Positions 21,404-34,689 of a stretch of 64,000 bases of DNA are shown piece after piece. The notes under the pieces were generated by a model. It did no database searches. It worked only from the letters and a program-made list of their open reading frames with translations, and had not been told where the DNA came from. The DNA lies in the IMG/VR virus record IMGVR_UViG_3300020469_000021, positions 32,001 through 96,000 of that record; one strand, given 5' to 3'. The first letter of the stretch is position 1, and each line of letters starts with the position of its first letter. The stretch comes from a virus. A program made the position numbers and the translations under genes.

Positions 21404-23323
21404 TTTTTTTATATTATGCACTTAGACAATTCACCAACACACAAATATATTTTGATTGACACATCTTTAAAGCCTTGCTATGCTTTCATAAGTTCTGCAT
21501 ATTTGACAGAATATGAGGCGAAAACCAAGAACTATGCTTATGCAATGAATCGTGCTAAAAAGAAATATATATTAAAGAAAGATTGGAAATAATGAGTGCA
21601 AAAAATAGCCACTTAACAATAAGAGAAGATTTACTAGAAGAAGACCCCAACATCTCTGTTCCTATTCGATTTCTTGACCATCAAGAAGATGCTTGGATTG
21701 GAGATAGTGATACTTTATATATAGATGAAGTATATTCTCCCGAAAATGGAGAGCAACTAGATGATATGTGGGGCTACAATATGATTATTAAAATCACCGA
21801 CCCTAACCAAAAAGATCAATATGGCAATGTTTGGAAGGATAGACTAGCTTTCGCAATATCAGCAGATTTTGATTGGAATTAATGTTATGCCAAGTAAAAA
21901 AAATCAAGCAGTAGCAAATTGGAAAGACATAAACGGAGATAATTTAGATAGCCCCAAACCGAAAGAAGTTATAATGGAGTCTAATAAAAAGTTTTACAGA
22001 GAGCAAGTAAAAACTATAATGATCGCAACGACAATGTTTTTGCAAATTATTATTTTTTTAAAAGTATTTAATTTAATATGAGTATGACAATGAGTGGAGC
22101 AAGACTCCGAGGCAATGTAGACAAAGATAAAATTTTAAGAAGGTTTGAGAATGTCTTACAATTAGTTTACATGAATTGTTTGCCAACAAAAGATGGCAGT
22201 TATAAAATTCCTAAAAAAGTTTTTGAATCCGTTCAAACTGAATTAGACTTTAATCCACCATCAGAAAATGTTGAAGAGCAAATAAAAAAACGCTATCGAA
22301 AAAGAGAAACTTATCGTTTTTGGAAAGAGTTTTTGTGGGCATCAAAAATAGGCAATCAAATTGACGCAAAAGAATATCTAATGAAAATATATACCCTTTG
22401 TGATAATAAAGGTGTTTATGGCAGTATGACGCATTCTCGCTACGCTTTAGAGACAATGACTCTTGCGCTAGATGATTTGTACGGAACAAATGAAACAATC
22501 ATATCCCAAACCCCATTTAGAGTAAATAAGAAAAAAGTAATTATACCTATTGTTGGCGGTCAAGGTATTGTTTACAAAAAAAAAGAAACTGAGCAGGACG
22601 ATCCTGCGGATCAAGTTCCATTTTGATCTTGACTATATAAAAACAAATAGTATTATAAACATAAATGATTACCGAAAACATAAGTACAGAAAAGTTAGAA
22701 CAACTATCTCACCAAATAGTAGACTCATGGGACATGGATACCTTAATAGAGTTTGCTTTAGATAAAGTTGAGGTAGGGTTAATGAGTTTGTCAGATGAAG
22801 AATTTAATGAAGAATATGAAAGGTTTTTCAATGACAGATAAAAGTGATTTAAATAAAATAATTTTAGATTCTTTAATTTCTCTTAAAGCAAAGCAAATTA
22901 ATCTTGATTCTGAATCGGGCAGACAAATAGTTGCAGATGTAGTTGAAGAAAAAGTTCAACCATATTTTTTTGATCAAATTGAAGCAATCGTTACTCCGCA
23001 AAAATCATACGCTTACTCTAAAAATGTTTGATAAATGGCAGAGCGATGACTTAGAAATAAATAAGTTGGTAGAGAATGTTTCTCATTTAATTAATAATTG
23101 CTTACAAATACTAGATGAAAATGATTTAATTATTGTTCAAAAGAGAATGAATAGCTTATTAAATAATGGTTTTTTTTGGATGCGTCAAGACAATAGAGAA
23201 AGATTTTATTATGATTTAAAAGATTTCGCAAATTGGTTGTGTGACTTTATTGCAGAAAAAGAAAGAGAATCTTGGGATAAGTCTTGACATTTATTTTTAT
23301 TTATGGCAGAATAGTATTATATT

Positions 23324-24319
23324 ATGAAATTAGGTTTAACTTGTATTAGTGAAGAATTAAAACAGAAGGATAAGAAAAAGTATTCTTTTAAAACTATGAC
23401 TCGCAAAAGATTTAACGATCTTTGTGTAAGAGATGGCAAAGATGAAGCCATTAAAGAACTATCAGAAAGGATTCTGCATAATGTTCGTACTACTCGCTAT
23501 ATTATTCGCCATTGCATTAGTAATAACATCCTACATTATCGTCTTAGCTCTGCTCTTTTCCCTCTTGTTACTGACGAAAAGACAGAAGTTGCTTTCGATG
23601 ATTTACCCGATAAAACTTCAATACAAGAAGAGTTAGATTTTGCGGGTAAAATCGCTAAAGATTTTGGCATATCTATCGGTTCTCACCCCGATCAGTTCAA
23701 TGTTCTTGCCTCTCCCGATAGAGAAAAAGTTACTCGCACAATTAATGAGTTAAATTTTCAAGCAAGCGTTCTTGATATGTTGGGTCTTCCACAAGATCAT
23801 ACTGCGCCAATGAACATTCACATAAACTATACTCCAAAAGCAGATGAAACGCTAGAGTTAGTTGCTACTAGATTCTTTCGTAATCTTTCTATGTGCGATA
23901 AAGGAGTTTACAAACGACTTACTATTGAGAACGAAGATAAAGGCTTCTTCAATGTAGATAATTGCATTAAATTTAGCGACTATTTATTTAAAACATTTCA
24001 AGCAAATATCCCTATTTGCTATGACAATCTACATGACTTTTGCAATCCATCAGAAGATCACAATGTCATTTTTCAAGCAGAGCGTTGTGCATATACATGG
24101 GTGAATCAAGGAGAAGGTGATAATAATTTTCTTGCTCCTGTCTTTCATTGGTCAGAAGGTAAGCCCGAAAAACCTCGCTCTCATGCAGAGTATTTTGCTT
24201 TGGGTAATATTCCACCTGTTATTGCTATCGATCCAAATAAAGAAGTCAAGTGGGAGTGCGAAGTAAAGCAAAAAGACAAAGCTATCCGCTTAATGAGAAA
24301 AAACTTAGCTTTTGCCTAA
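23324..24319 (+). CDS. uvsE: UV damage endonuclease UvsE/UvdE
   Basis: LGLTC, YRLSS.LFP, SHPDQF.VL.S, NIH, RLTIENED, YDNLH, FHWSE, ECEVK.KD.A. Confidence 0.9.
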   Translation: MKLGLTCISEELKQKDKKKYSFKTMTRKRFNDLCVRDGKDEAIKELSERILHNVRTTRYIIRHCISNNILHYRLSSALFPLVTDEKTEVAFDDLPDKTSIQEELDFAGKIAKDFGISIGSHPDQFNVLASPDREKVTRTINELNFQASVLDMLGLPQDHTAPMNIHINYTPKADETLELVATRFFRNLSMCDKGVYKRLTIENEDKGFFNVDNCIKFSDYLFKTFQANIPICYDNLHDFCNPSEDHNVIFQAERCAYTWVNQGEGDNNFLAPVFHWSEGKPEKPRSHAEYFALGNIPPVIAIDPNKEVKWECEVKQKDKAIRLMRKNLAFA

Positions 24320-27123
24320 AAAAGTCTTGACTTTTTAATTAATTTACTTTAGTCTTTTGGATATGAGTGAAAAAGATACAATAGATAAAATTAGAAAACT
24401 TCGTGCTGATCGTGCGGAACGATTAAGACAGGCTATTTCTGAGCATAATCCCGAAGCATTATTCGCTGATGGTTTTGATGAGTCGATTATCGGTTATTCT
24501 AGTGATGGAAAAGTCATCTATTCTGTTGATATGATCGTAGGAACTCTTGTCAACAGAGATGGCATGACTCCCGATGAAGCGATAGATTATTTTAATTTTA
24601 ATATGGAGTGCGCTTACCTTGGCGAATATACTCCAATCTATATGTACGAGGAATAAATAATGAATAAAGGATTATACACAGAAATAGTTTGGTCTAAAGG
24701 TAGAACAAAAGAAGAGATGGTGAAACAAACATCTTGGTCTAGTTCAAAAGATTATAGTGGGCTAAGTGGTTTGAAGTTCCATTGTTACTCTTTTAATAAT
24801 GATGTTCAAATTACTGCAATTACTAGCCAAGGAGTTAGCCACAATAAATATTTACAGATTCCTGTTGACAAGATCGAAGAAGTATGTAAGACTCTCATGC
24901 GATCAAAGAAACTAATGGAGAGTAATTAAATAAAGACCTATGAAAAGAGAATATTGCGTTGGAATTAAAATTATTAACTGCTTTTATGTTGAAGCAGAAA
25001 GTCGAGAGGAAGCAGAGGAAATAGTAAGAGAGTATGACCCATACAAGACTCTTGACGATTGTGATTTTAATATTGAATATGCTGACCCTACAAATGGGGA
25101 AACTGCATGGAAAATAAAAGCAAATGAAATTGATTGGTCTGAACTTTGTGATGAGCATGATAATTATCTTGACAAGCGCATAGATGATCTTTATGGTGAT
25201 GATCCTACTTACGAAACAAAATGAATAAAAAAGCTATGGAAGGTTTAAAGAAAGAAGAAGAATTAAAAAGCGAGATAAGAGATGCTTGTTCTCATATTAA
25301 AGACTTAGAGGCAGAATTGGAATGGATGCACTCAAGAGAACCCCATGAAGTAGAATATATTGCTAGGCTACAAAAAGTTTTAGATGAACAATATGCAATA
25401 ACTACAAAACTAGATGTTGAATTTCTCGCAACAAAAGGAATTAAATAATGAGATTAACAAAATATCAAAAAGCTAGATTATTAGAATATAATTGGGATGT
25501 AATAACTAATGAAGTTGATGGTAAAGAGCAAAATTGCTCTTGGATAAGTATCTCTCCCGAAGATGGTGCAATTTTTGGTCAAGTTGTTGAGCATTTTAAA
25601 TTGACAGGAGAAGGTGAAGATGTTAAATTGTTAGTTATTGGAACGGCTGAAGAAGAATGAGAACTACACAAAGAGAACTTAGACAAGGCAATCCTACTAT
25701 CCACGAAATGAGATATGATCTTGCCGAACAAGAGGCAATGAACATGAGTGTTACAAATATTATTGATATGCTTGTAGATGGGTTCGAAGGATTAGATAAT
25801 TTACCCGACATTGAGATAAGAGAAGAATGGGAACAAATTTTCGGTGAATTAAAAAATTGGGAGACAAAGTAATGAATTTTAAAGAAGCACTAGGAATCGT
25901 AGTGAACGAGGCAGAAGTTTCTGCTCTTGGGGAAAGGACAGATGAACATTTAAGAATTTTGAAAGCGTGTGAGATCGTTCAAGAATTTCTGAATCATTTA
26001 GAAAAAAATGATATATTATTTACAAATGATGAATATATATCAATAGGACAAACTAATGAATGAGGCAAGCGTATATATATCAAACTTGCTAGAAGAAAAT
26101 AAACTTTCTTACTCTGAAGCGCAAATTTTTCTTGACTATGCTTATGATTTGGTATTAGATGGGTATGGTGATCTTGAGATAGAGAAACTTATCACAGAAA
26201 ATATCAATCAAAAATTAAAAGAAAAAAAATAAAATGAACAATTACTTCGCAAATCAACCGATTCATTGGAATCAATTTAGTTCTAGGGACATCTATTTCA
26301 AAAGCAATGCTATAACCAAAAAGCTATTGCCCGAAGATAATATTTTGTCTTGGAAAACAAAGGAAAGTAGGCATAATGAGGTAGCAAGTAAAACAGGCGC
26401 TACTGCCCAAACGAGCAGGGGTTGGAATGGGCAAGTTCATACTTACTACTCTAGGGATAGCTACAAAGGAGTTTTTGTTCAACTTACGAATGTTAAGAAA
26501 GAATATGTTACTGCAAATTTAGACTTCATTAATTATAAACCGAAAAAAGATAGTCAAGGCAATCACCTTGCAGGTCTTGACGCTCTAGTTTACATTGGTT
26601 CTTTCCATGATAGGCATGAGTGGGTAAAAGACTCAAGCGGTAATTATAGTATGCAAAAGACAAACAAAGTGTCCCTTAATGATTACGAAGGTTATAGAAT
26701 TGCGTATGGGGGTCAAGGAGATAGCAACTATCTAACTCACAGAGAGTTGATAGAGATAGCCGACATTAGCGAATCAGTCAAAAAATTCCTTATAGACATG
26801 GTCTTGCCACTTAAAAGGGGTATTCTAAATAAAGATTTGGCTCTAGTCGCATAATGGATTTTTCTGATATATTGCAAATGAATTTTACGGCAATAACAAT
26901 TACATTAGTTATTTTATTTTTGTTAATAGTTTCTTCCTATGATTAATTTGTTAAAAAGATTAGTGCGTTTGTTTCGTAAAGAAAAGCAATCTAAATTATC
27001 AGTTGCCCAAATAGATGAGTTAATTGAAACAAATAAAAATGTATTAGCGCAGTTAGGTGACGAAGCAGATTATGATGGCATGGGAGATTGGGGAAGATTC
27101 CCGCCAATTAAAAAGAAAGAATA

Positions 27124-27501
27124 ATGGATTTACAAATATCAGACTATTTACAACTTATAGTAGGAATTTCTATTCTCTCTGTTTGGCTTCTTCACGCTCA
27201 TGTGCCAACCAATTTCAGAGTTGGTCAAGCTCAAACACTAAGAGAAGAGGTTACAGAAGCAGGTTTGCCCGATTATGTTTATGATGTTATGAGAATAGTT
27301 AAACCTATTTTTGCTTTCTTTTTAATCATGGGCATACTATGGAATCCCATTACCTTGCCCTGCATGGCATTTACAACTATTTTCATGGTTGGCGCAGTTG
27401 TTATGCACATTAAAGTTAAAGATAATTTATTTAAAATGATTCCTGCCTTGACATTGCTTTTATTTTGTTTTATTATATTTACTTGTCCATCAAAATGGTA
27501 A
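27124..27501 (+). CDS. DoxX-family membrane protein
   Basis: Four hydrophobic segments; VWL...T.FR.G.A..L.EE...GLP, M.GAV.MH.KV.D. Confidence 0.7.
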   Translation: MDLQISDYLQLIVGISILSVWLLHAHVPTNFRVGQAQTLREEVTEAGLPDYVYDVMRIVKPIFAFFLIMGILWNPITLPCMAFTTIFMVGAVVMHIKVKDNLFKMIPALTLLLFCFIIFTCPSKW

Positions 27502-27693
27502 ACTATATAACGACAAATGACTTTAAAAGATAAAATACAAAAAGAAATTGAAAGGTTAAGTAGCGACCATAGCGAAGAAACTATCAATCTCATAAATAAT
27601 GTGTTGCTTCCAATGTTGCAATACATCAGAGATCACGAAAAAATTTTACGAGATATTGCTAGGATTAGTGGTAAACATGGTGTATAATATGTT

Positions 27694-27987
27694 ATGCGCT
27701 ATTTATTATTTTTACTATTATTGACAGGATGTGGTCAACCCACTATTATTGAAACTGAATCAGAAGACATTTCAAAAGAAATAAACGATCTTTTGGCTCA
27801 AGACAAGAAAAACAAATTACTTGAATTGGAATATTTAGAACAAATTAGAATCGCTCAAGAGAACAATGATACCGAAGCCTTTGAATTTTTTCTACAAGAA
27901 TATATTGATGTGGATAGATTACAAATTCCCGAAGAATTAAAAAAAGACCCAAATTATTTCCAAGGTGGACAGAAGGTTAAATATTGA
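27694..27987 (+). CDS. Putative lipoprotein
   Basis: MRYLLFLLLLTGC lipobox; GTGTA motif upstream. Confidence 0.6.
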   Translation: MRYLLFLLLLTGCGQPTIIETESEDISKEINDLLAQDKKNKLLELEYLEQIRIAQENNDTEAFEFFLQEYIDVDRLQIPEELKKDPNYFQGGQKVKY

Positions 27988-28919
27988 TATGAGCCAACCC
28001 ATGCAACGGCAAATTAATTTCATTAAAAATATATCCAAGTTAATTAAGCAACAGACAGATAGAAGAAATCAATGAAAACATATTTGAGTAAAGTTTTCTA
28101 TTTTTTAGGAGACTTAGTTTCTTATCTTTTGCATTATAATATAACAAGCATAATTTTTTATCCATTGTATAGATGGTTAATGTTAGTTAGTATTAGCCTT
28201 GACAAAGATAGCATTGTATGGGAGAATGTAGAAAAGAAAGAAAGCTCAAGAGCAGATTTAATTTTAAAAGTAAAAGATGAAAATAGATTTAGGAGTAAGA
28301 GGTAGTGAGGATGCGATAAATCATATATTACTTAGAGTAAACAATGATTTTATTTTGCAGACTAAAGACAATTTATTTTTTTCGGGAGAAGAAGGTAGAG
28401 ATAAAACAGGGAAAAATTTAGTTGAGTTATTAGAAACTTTATCTAAAGATCACGAAATATCTGTTCGCAAAAATGTTGCGGAAGAAATTGAAAGAGAATT
28501 AAATTTAAATGGAGAAATAATTAAATATGTCTGAAATAAAAGAATTATGGGATTTATCGTGGACTGATGGTTTATTGTTGACATTTATGTTGATGGCGCT
28601 ATATACTTATAAGGTTTGGATAGATAATAAATTTAAGAAATAAATAAGACAATGGCACACGATGAATTTAATAGCGGAGCAAGACATGGATTCTGCATGG
28701 CGAAACTTGCGGTCAGAGATATTGACAGAACTTTAGAGTATCCCAATGAAGAAGATCACACGCAAAAAAGTTGGTGTTTAGCATACGAAAAATATCATGC
28801 AGAAAAAGATTTATTACACAAAATATATGAAGCAATTAACAAATCAATGGAAGAAGAAGTAAGTGAAAACGATTATTAATTTCTTGACATAATCCAAAAT
28901 TTAGTCTAGTGTTTTAATC

Positions 28920-29438
28920 ATGGACACAAATGACGCAAAAGCACTTGCCCTACTTCACATGGACGAACATGGGCTTTTTGACGAACTTTGGCATTTTGAT
29001 TTTGAAGATTGCAAACGCTCTCTTGGTCGATGTCATTATACAAAAAGAAAGATTTCTTTGTCTGAATGGTATGTCGAGCTAAACAACGAAAAAGATGTAG
29101 AAGATACCATCCTACACGAAATTGCTCACGCTTTATCGTGGACAAGATATGGCAAAAAAGCCAAGGGTCATGGCAAGCTATGGAAACAGGTTTGCATAGA
29201 GATTGGCGCAACTCCGCAAAGATTGCACAAAGGTATTATAACATATCCTAACAATCATTACAAATATATAGATACTTGTGGTTGCAATATTACTTATAAA
29301 AGGCATCGTTTAAGTGAGTTTAGATCATATCGTTGCCCAAAATGCAGAGAACCTCTTTTTAATTCCAAAAGAAAAAAAGAATGGTTATCTTCAAAAGTTA
29401 CTGCTGATTATTTAATGGAAGAACTTTTTGGGGCTTGA
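28920..29438 (+). CDS. SprT-like zinc metalloprotease
   Basis: LG.C, DTILHEIAHAL (HExxH), GHG..WK, C-terminal CxC...CPKC. Confidence 0.88.
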   Translation: MDTNDAKALALLHMDEHGLFDELWHFDFEDCKRSLGRCHYTKRKISLSEWYVELNNEKDVEDTILHEIAHALSWTRYGKKAKGHGKLWKQVCIEIGATPQRLHKGIITYPNNHYKYIDTCGCNITYKRHRLSEFRSYRCPKCREPLFNSKRKKEWLSSKVTADYLMEELFGA

Positions 29439-29562
29439 CAATTAGATAAACAATGTTATTCTAAGGGTTATCAGTTACGAAGATTTCTATAAGGAGTTTG
29501 GTTTTGATAGGTCTGTCTACGAAGATAAGACGCTATACCAAGGCAAGACTAGAACACAATGG

Positions 29563-30690
29563 TTGAGAGATACAAAAATTATGACAGACAATCCAATTAG
29601 CATAAAATTTTTTGAAGAGTGCGGGAAAATACAAAAGCCCTTCAAAAATTATGGTATTGAAAAAAATGGAAATTATTATCCAATAGACAACAGAACTTAT
29701 GTTTCTCATTCCACTTACGATGGGATTGAACCTTTAGTAAAGCATTTAGATTTTTATTTTGCAAATTTTGCTGACAATCTTTCAAAGAAGCATACAAGAA
29801 AAGATTTCATAAATTTTGCTTTAGATTTAAATAAGTTTATGGGTGAGATCGATTTCTATTTTATTTTATCAAAAATAATGCACTTGCGAAACGCTTGTCA
29901 ATTTCAAATTCAGAAAGAAGTCTCAAGAGATGCTTTGTTTTGTGATAGCTCTCAAATAACTAGCGTTTCAGATATACCTTGGTTTCATCATAAAGTTATT
30001 GAATTTTTCTTTGAAGATTCAGATTTACCTACTTTTTTAGTTTACAGAGGTTCTTTTGATGGATTAGTAGATGAGTTTAACATTCCGCATAAAGTTGTCG
30101 GCAAGCAAGAAGAAGGAATTCATTTTTTTGCAGAAACCCCGACTTTAGGTTCGGTTCTATTTAGCGTAGATAACGAGACTTTGCCCCTTTTATTTTCAAG
30201 AAATTACAATGAATTACTTTCAGTCGTAAATTCTGACACAACTTCCAAATTAACGCTCAACTCAAAAGAGGGTGCAGAACTCACGAAAGAGGAAATCCCC
30301 CATCTAGTTAGTGGAGTCGTTACTTGTTTGAAATCTATGGTTTATGCGCATTGCGATCCTACGCATATTCGACATAATGCACCTCAATCCACTCTAAAAG
30401 ATGGCAAAGCAAAGATAAAGGGTAGACCAAAAAGCGAAGTGAATAAAATTATTTATGTACCTAAAGTTCAATATGAGAATAGCGCCTCTTCAAATAATGC
30501 CTCAAAAGAAAAACGAAAATTTTTAGGCAAGTTACCTTATTTTCGCATTTACAAAAATGACAGGTATGTGAACATGGAAAAGGATAAGAAATATTTTTAT
30601 CCTAAAGTGTTGGGCGAAAACGGAGAAGACCCTGTTGAGCGTGAGTACACGAAATATATTGCGAGAAAAATCAATACTCCTTTCAAATAA
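29563..30690 (+). CDS. Hypothetical protein (start probably further upstream)
   Basis: 375-aa ORF; frame open from 29446. Confidence 0.6.
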   Translation: MRDTKIMTDNPISIKFFEECGKIQKPFKNYGIEKNGNYYPIDNRTYVSHSTYDGIEPLVKHLDFYFANFADNLSKKHTRKDFINFALDLNKFMGEIDFYFILSKIMHLRNACQFQIQKEVSRDALFCDSSQITSVSDIPWFHHKVIEFFFEDSDLPTFLVYRGSFDGLVDEFNIPHKVVGKQEEGIHFFAETPTLGSVLFSVDNETLPLLFSRNYNELLSVVNSDTTSKLTLNSKEGAELTKEEIPHLVSGVVTCLKSMVYAHCDPTHIRHNAPQSTLKDGKAKIKGRPKSEVNKIIYVPKVQYENSASSNNASKEKRKFLGKLPYFRIYKNDRYVNMEKDKKYFYPKVLGENGEDPVEREYTKYIARKINTPFK

Positions 30691-33493
30691 TTCTTGACAA
30701 GTACGGAAAAACAATCTATTGTTCCCTTTATGAATACATCAGAAGCATTTTTAGCAAGCATACAACAATCAATCGCAAGCGCAGAGAAGATAGCAAATTC
30801 AATTCCCAAGAAGGGTCTTAATGTCTATCTTGACAAGTCAACTATGGTTATGCAAACTTTTAGTGATCCTAGTGCATTTGCTCATGCCAAGAAAGTTACT
30901 GCAAGAGCAGGGCAATCAAGTTGCCTTCGCAATGTGTTAGATGCAGGGGGCAGATTACAATAACGCTTGATAAAAGATGCAAAATAATTGTTTAATTACA
31001 TAAATACTAATTTTTAATTAATAACACAATAAAATGCTTGACATATCATGCAAAATGGACTTGAATAACGACATGGAAGAATTACAAACATACGAAGAAT
31101 ATACAAAAGATATGCCATTAGTAGATCAAATAAAATTTTATTATGATGTTGACCTTAAAGATTTTTTCCCCGATGGATGGATGGTTGACCCTTGGGAAAT
31201 TGTCGCACAAGTTGCAACCAATCCTAATTGGCTAAATGAATTTAACAAAGAGTTTGAAGAAAGTTTAAGAGAAAGGGAATATATAAGATGAATGAATTAA
31301 AAGAAAAGTTAAATAAAAATATTGCTTACCATGTAGAACGAGTAGCTGAAACAGGTTCATCAAGTTTCTCTACTTGCGATTATCGTGGATGGGATAAAGA
31401 TATTTGGAATCATAGACATTCTATCATTGACAAACTAGTCAGCACAGGTTATCGTGTTGAAAGTGCAGTTAATCATGGAGTGCTAGATGTAACAATAACT
31501 GCAAATTTAGAATTATGAAATATGTAAGAAAAGTTTGGAATATCGAACCACAAAAAATGTTAGATTATATCCTTGAGGCAGACAGATCAAATGGTTTGCA
31601 CAAAGAAGGAGATTATAGTCCTGTATTTTATGTTGGAAAAGATTTAGATTATATTCGTGAAGTTTATGAAGATTACAATGGTCTTGATAGTCTTACCGAA
31701 GCAGAGCAAATAGAGAACGAATATTACAGATTGGAGATAGCATAATGGAATATACATCAGAAAATATCGACCAAGTTGCAGAGGAAATTGTCAACAATAT
31801 GTCGCTAGAAGAATTAAAGGCTTTTGTATATGACGAAATTTATGGTGAAATGTTTGAAGATGAAGAGGTTTTTCAACTTAATTTAAAAAAAATATAATTA
31901 TGGAATATACAGATGATAATATGCAATTAGTTGCAGAAAAAGTTGTTTTAAATATGTCTTTAGCAGACTTGCAAGCGTATGTATGCGAGGATTATTTCTT
32001 TCGATTTGACCAAGATAGTGAATTTTTTGAAGACCAAGTAAAAGAATTGGGGCTTGACAATGAGAGTAACTAGTATAAGATATTTTGAGACAAATAGAGG
32101 TCTTGGTTATCAATGCAAAACCAACATCGATGGCATCGAAATATGGAACGATGGAAATGGTGGAGCAACTTATTTAGATGGTGCATATAAATATACAAAA
32201 AATTTCGAGCATTTATCTGAATCATACTTAGAAAATTTAATTGACAAATACGAAAAGTGTTGACAGAATCATTTTAATATAATAAAGTATGGATATGAAC
32301 GATTACATGGAAGATAATATTAATAAATTAGAATACGATTGCTTCACAGGAACTTATTGGTTAGCCGATGAAGAGTGGGAAGAACCTATTGAATTTACTG
32401 AAGACGAATTAATTACAGAAGGAATTTATTTAAATGAGTTTAATCAAAGAGTATAATATAAATCTTGGTCTAACCGATCAAGATATATCTGAAATTTCAG
32501 ATGGTAGAATTAAGTTACATTTTTTACCAAATAACAATACCGACTATGATGAGAAAATAACAATTTCAATCGGAAAAGTTGAGGATGATGCACCTTTATC
32601 GGAGTGCATGGATTTAGTTGTAGGAAATTTTCAAGATTCGGAAGATTTAGAACTAGGCTTGACAGGTTTATCTTAATAGTTTAATACATTGGAATAAATA
32701 TGAGAGATTACCTTATTGTAAAACTTAAAGATTTAGTTGCGAATAAATTTATTCACATCGAAAGAGCGCAACAAATGCTTGACTCTTACGATAAAGATTT
32801 AGAAGAGCAGGGTGAAGATTCAGCTATTGAGAGGGCGCTAGATCACATAAATATTATTATCAATACAGAGGGGCATGGAGAATGACGATAGTACAAATAC
32901 AAAACTTTCTTTATGAAATAGACTCTATTTTAAGTGATGACCAAATAAATACTTTAGCAGAAGAAATATTTAATAATCAAGAAATTTTAATAGAATTAAT
33001 TAACAATGAGAAATTCACATACAATTCAAATACATAAGGACAACGATTATCCACATCACGATAAGATTTTAATTCCTGTTCTTTTTTCCTTGACAGACGA
33101 AGGCGAAAGAGTTTATGATGTTGAGCTTATGCACGAAATACTTAGAGATTATATTGAAGGAATAATTGAACATGAAAAAGTTTACTGATGAGCATGGTTG
33201 TGACGAACTTTTTTACAATCATGATTTAACTAAATATCATGGCGATCAAACTCATGGAGACAGAGAAGTAGTAAGTTGCGAGAAAATAAAATGAAAACAT
33301 TTGAAATAGAAATAGCAAGCACGACTTATCGCACTTACTTTATTGATTCAGAATCGAAAGATGATGCAGTTAGTAGAGCTTTTGATGAAATGGAAGCTGA
33401 TTGGGAAATAAGTAAAGCATGGAAACAGAATGCTGAAGTTAGTTTCACAGAAGAGAGAGAGAAAGAATCTGAAGAAGATTCAATGGAATTAAA

Positions 33494-33793
33494 ATGAAAG
33501 TTTCAGAATTAGAAGTTAAGCAAAGTTTTGATGGTGAATTATATTTTCGCTTGCCCGATGATCTATTAAAAAGATTAGGATGGGAAGTTGGTGACGAATT
33601 AGAATTTATCCCACAAGATGAAGCATTTATTATTAGAAAAGTTAAAATTGATTTACGAAAATATAAGAAGATTGAGCTTGACTTTAGTAGCGATGATTTG
33701 TTAAAGTATATGATGTTCGCACATGAAAAAAATATTACATTTAATGAACTCTGCGAGGAAGCAGTAAAAGAAAAACTAAAAGAAAATGAATAA
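33494..33793 (+). CDS. AbrB/MazE-like DNA-binding protein
   Basis: GELYFRLPDDLLKRLGWEVGDELEF. Confidence 0.7.
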   Translation: MKVSELEVKQSFDGELYFRLPDDLLKRLGWEVGDELEFIPQDEAFIIRKVKIDLRKYKKIELDFSSDDLLKYMMFAHEKNITFNELCEEAVKEKLKENE

Positions 33794-34689
33794 AATAGAA
33801 GAAGCACAAAAAATAGATAGTTTGTTTGAGGTTGAAAGTGGATTAGACACTCGTCTTTTCGAGTTGGCAGGTTATCCTCTTATCGAAGACATTGTAGAAC
33901 AAATGTTTCAATTAAAAGAAAAAATGAACAAGAGGCTCAATGACAGAGCAAAACTTTTAGGTATAGGTGGAGAGTTTGGTGTTGTTCCACCCGATACATC
34001 TCACTTAAATAATGATGACTTTGGCGCATTTATTAGGGAAGAGATTAGTGTTGACAAGTAAAAATATACTTGCTAAAGTACGAACATGAAAGAAATTATA
34101 GGAGACGATTATCCAACTTACGAAGAATCTGTAAACATGAGTCTTGCAGAGCAAGCTAGGAAGAGGACAGAAGATATGGAAAATTTGAGGAAAGAAGAGA
34201 AGGATGTAACTAAAAGCAATCTCGAAAGATTGTTACAAGAAAATTTTGAACTTAAACATCGATTGGCTTGCGTTGCTGATGATATTGAAATTATAGATAG
34301 GCATATCCAAAATAATTGCAATAAAAGATTTAAAAGACCAAGTTTACTTGAAGATGGAAGCACCCATGCAGATGAAGCATGGCATAACATTACTAATATA
34401 CAAATTGCTTGCGACTTAAATGATGATGATGTATTAGAATGGACTAGCGATGTTAGAAAAGCGCAAGAGGCAAATAAAAGAAAATGAATAAATTAATAGA
34501 GTTAATTGACAAAAAAATTGAAGAGATTGAAAATTATGCAGTAGATACTCAAGAGAACGAGGAGAGATACATCCATGAGATAAATTGCTTAATTCAGACT
34601 AAGTTTTTGTTAGTTGGAAATAAAAATCTTTTAGTGGACTGAAAAAAACATTTGACATTTCCAAAATTCTTGTCAAACTTATTAGCATT

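Larger units (their letters stand above)
17088..34487 (+). other. Early region with dozens of small, often acidic, hypothetical genes, many with individual promoters
   Basis: Dense + strand ORFs of 50-200 aa; recurrent TTGACA-17-TAnnnT directly upstream of ATGs. Confidence 0.7.
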
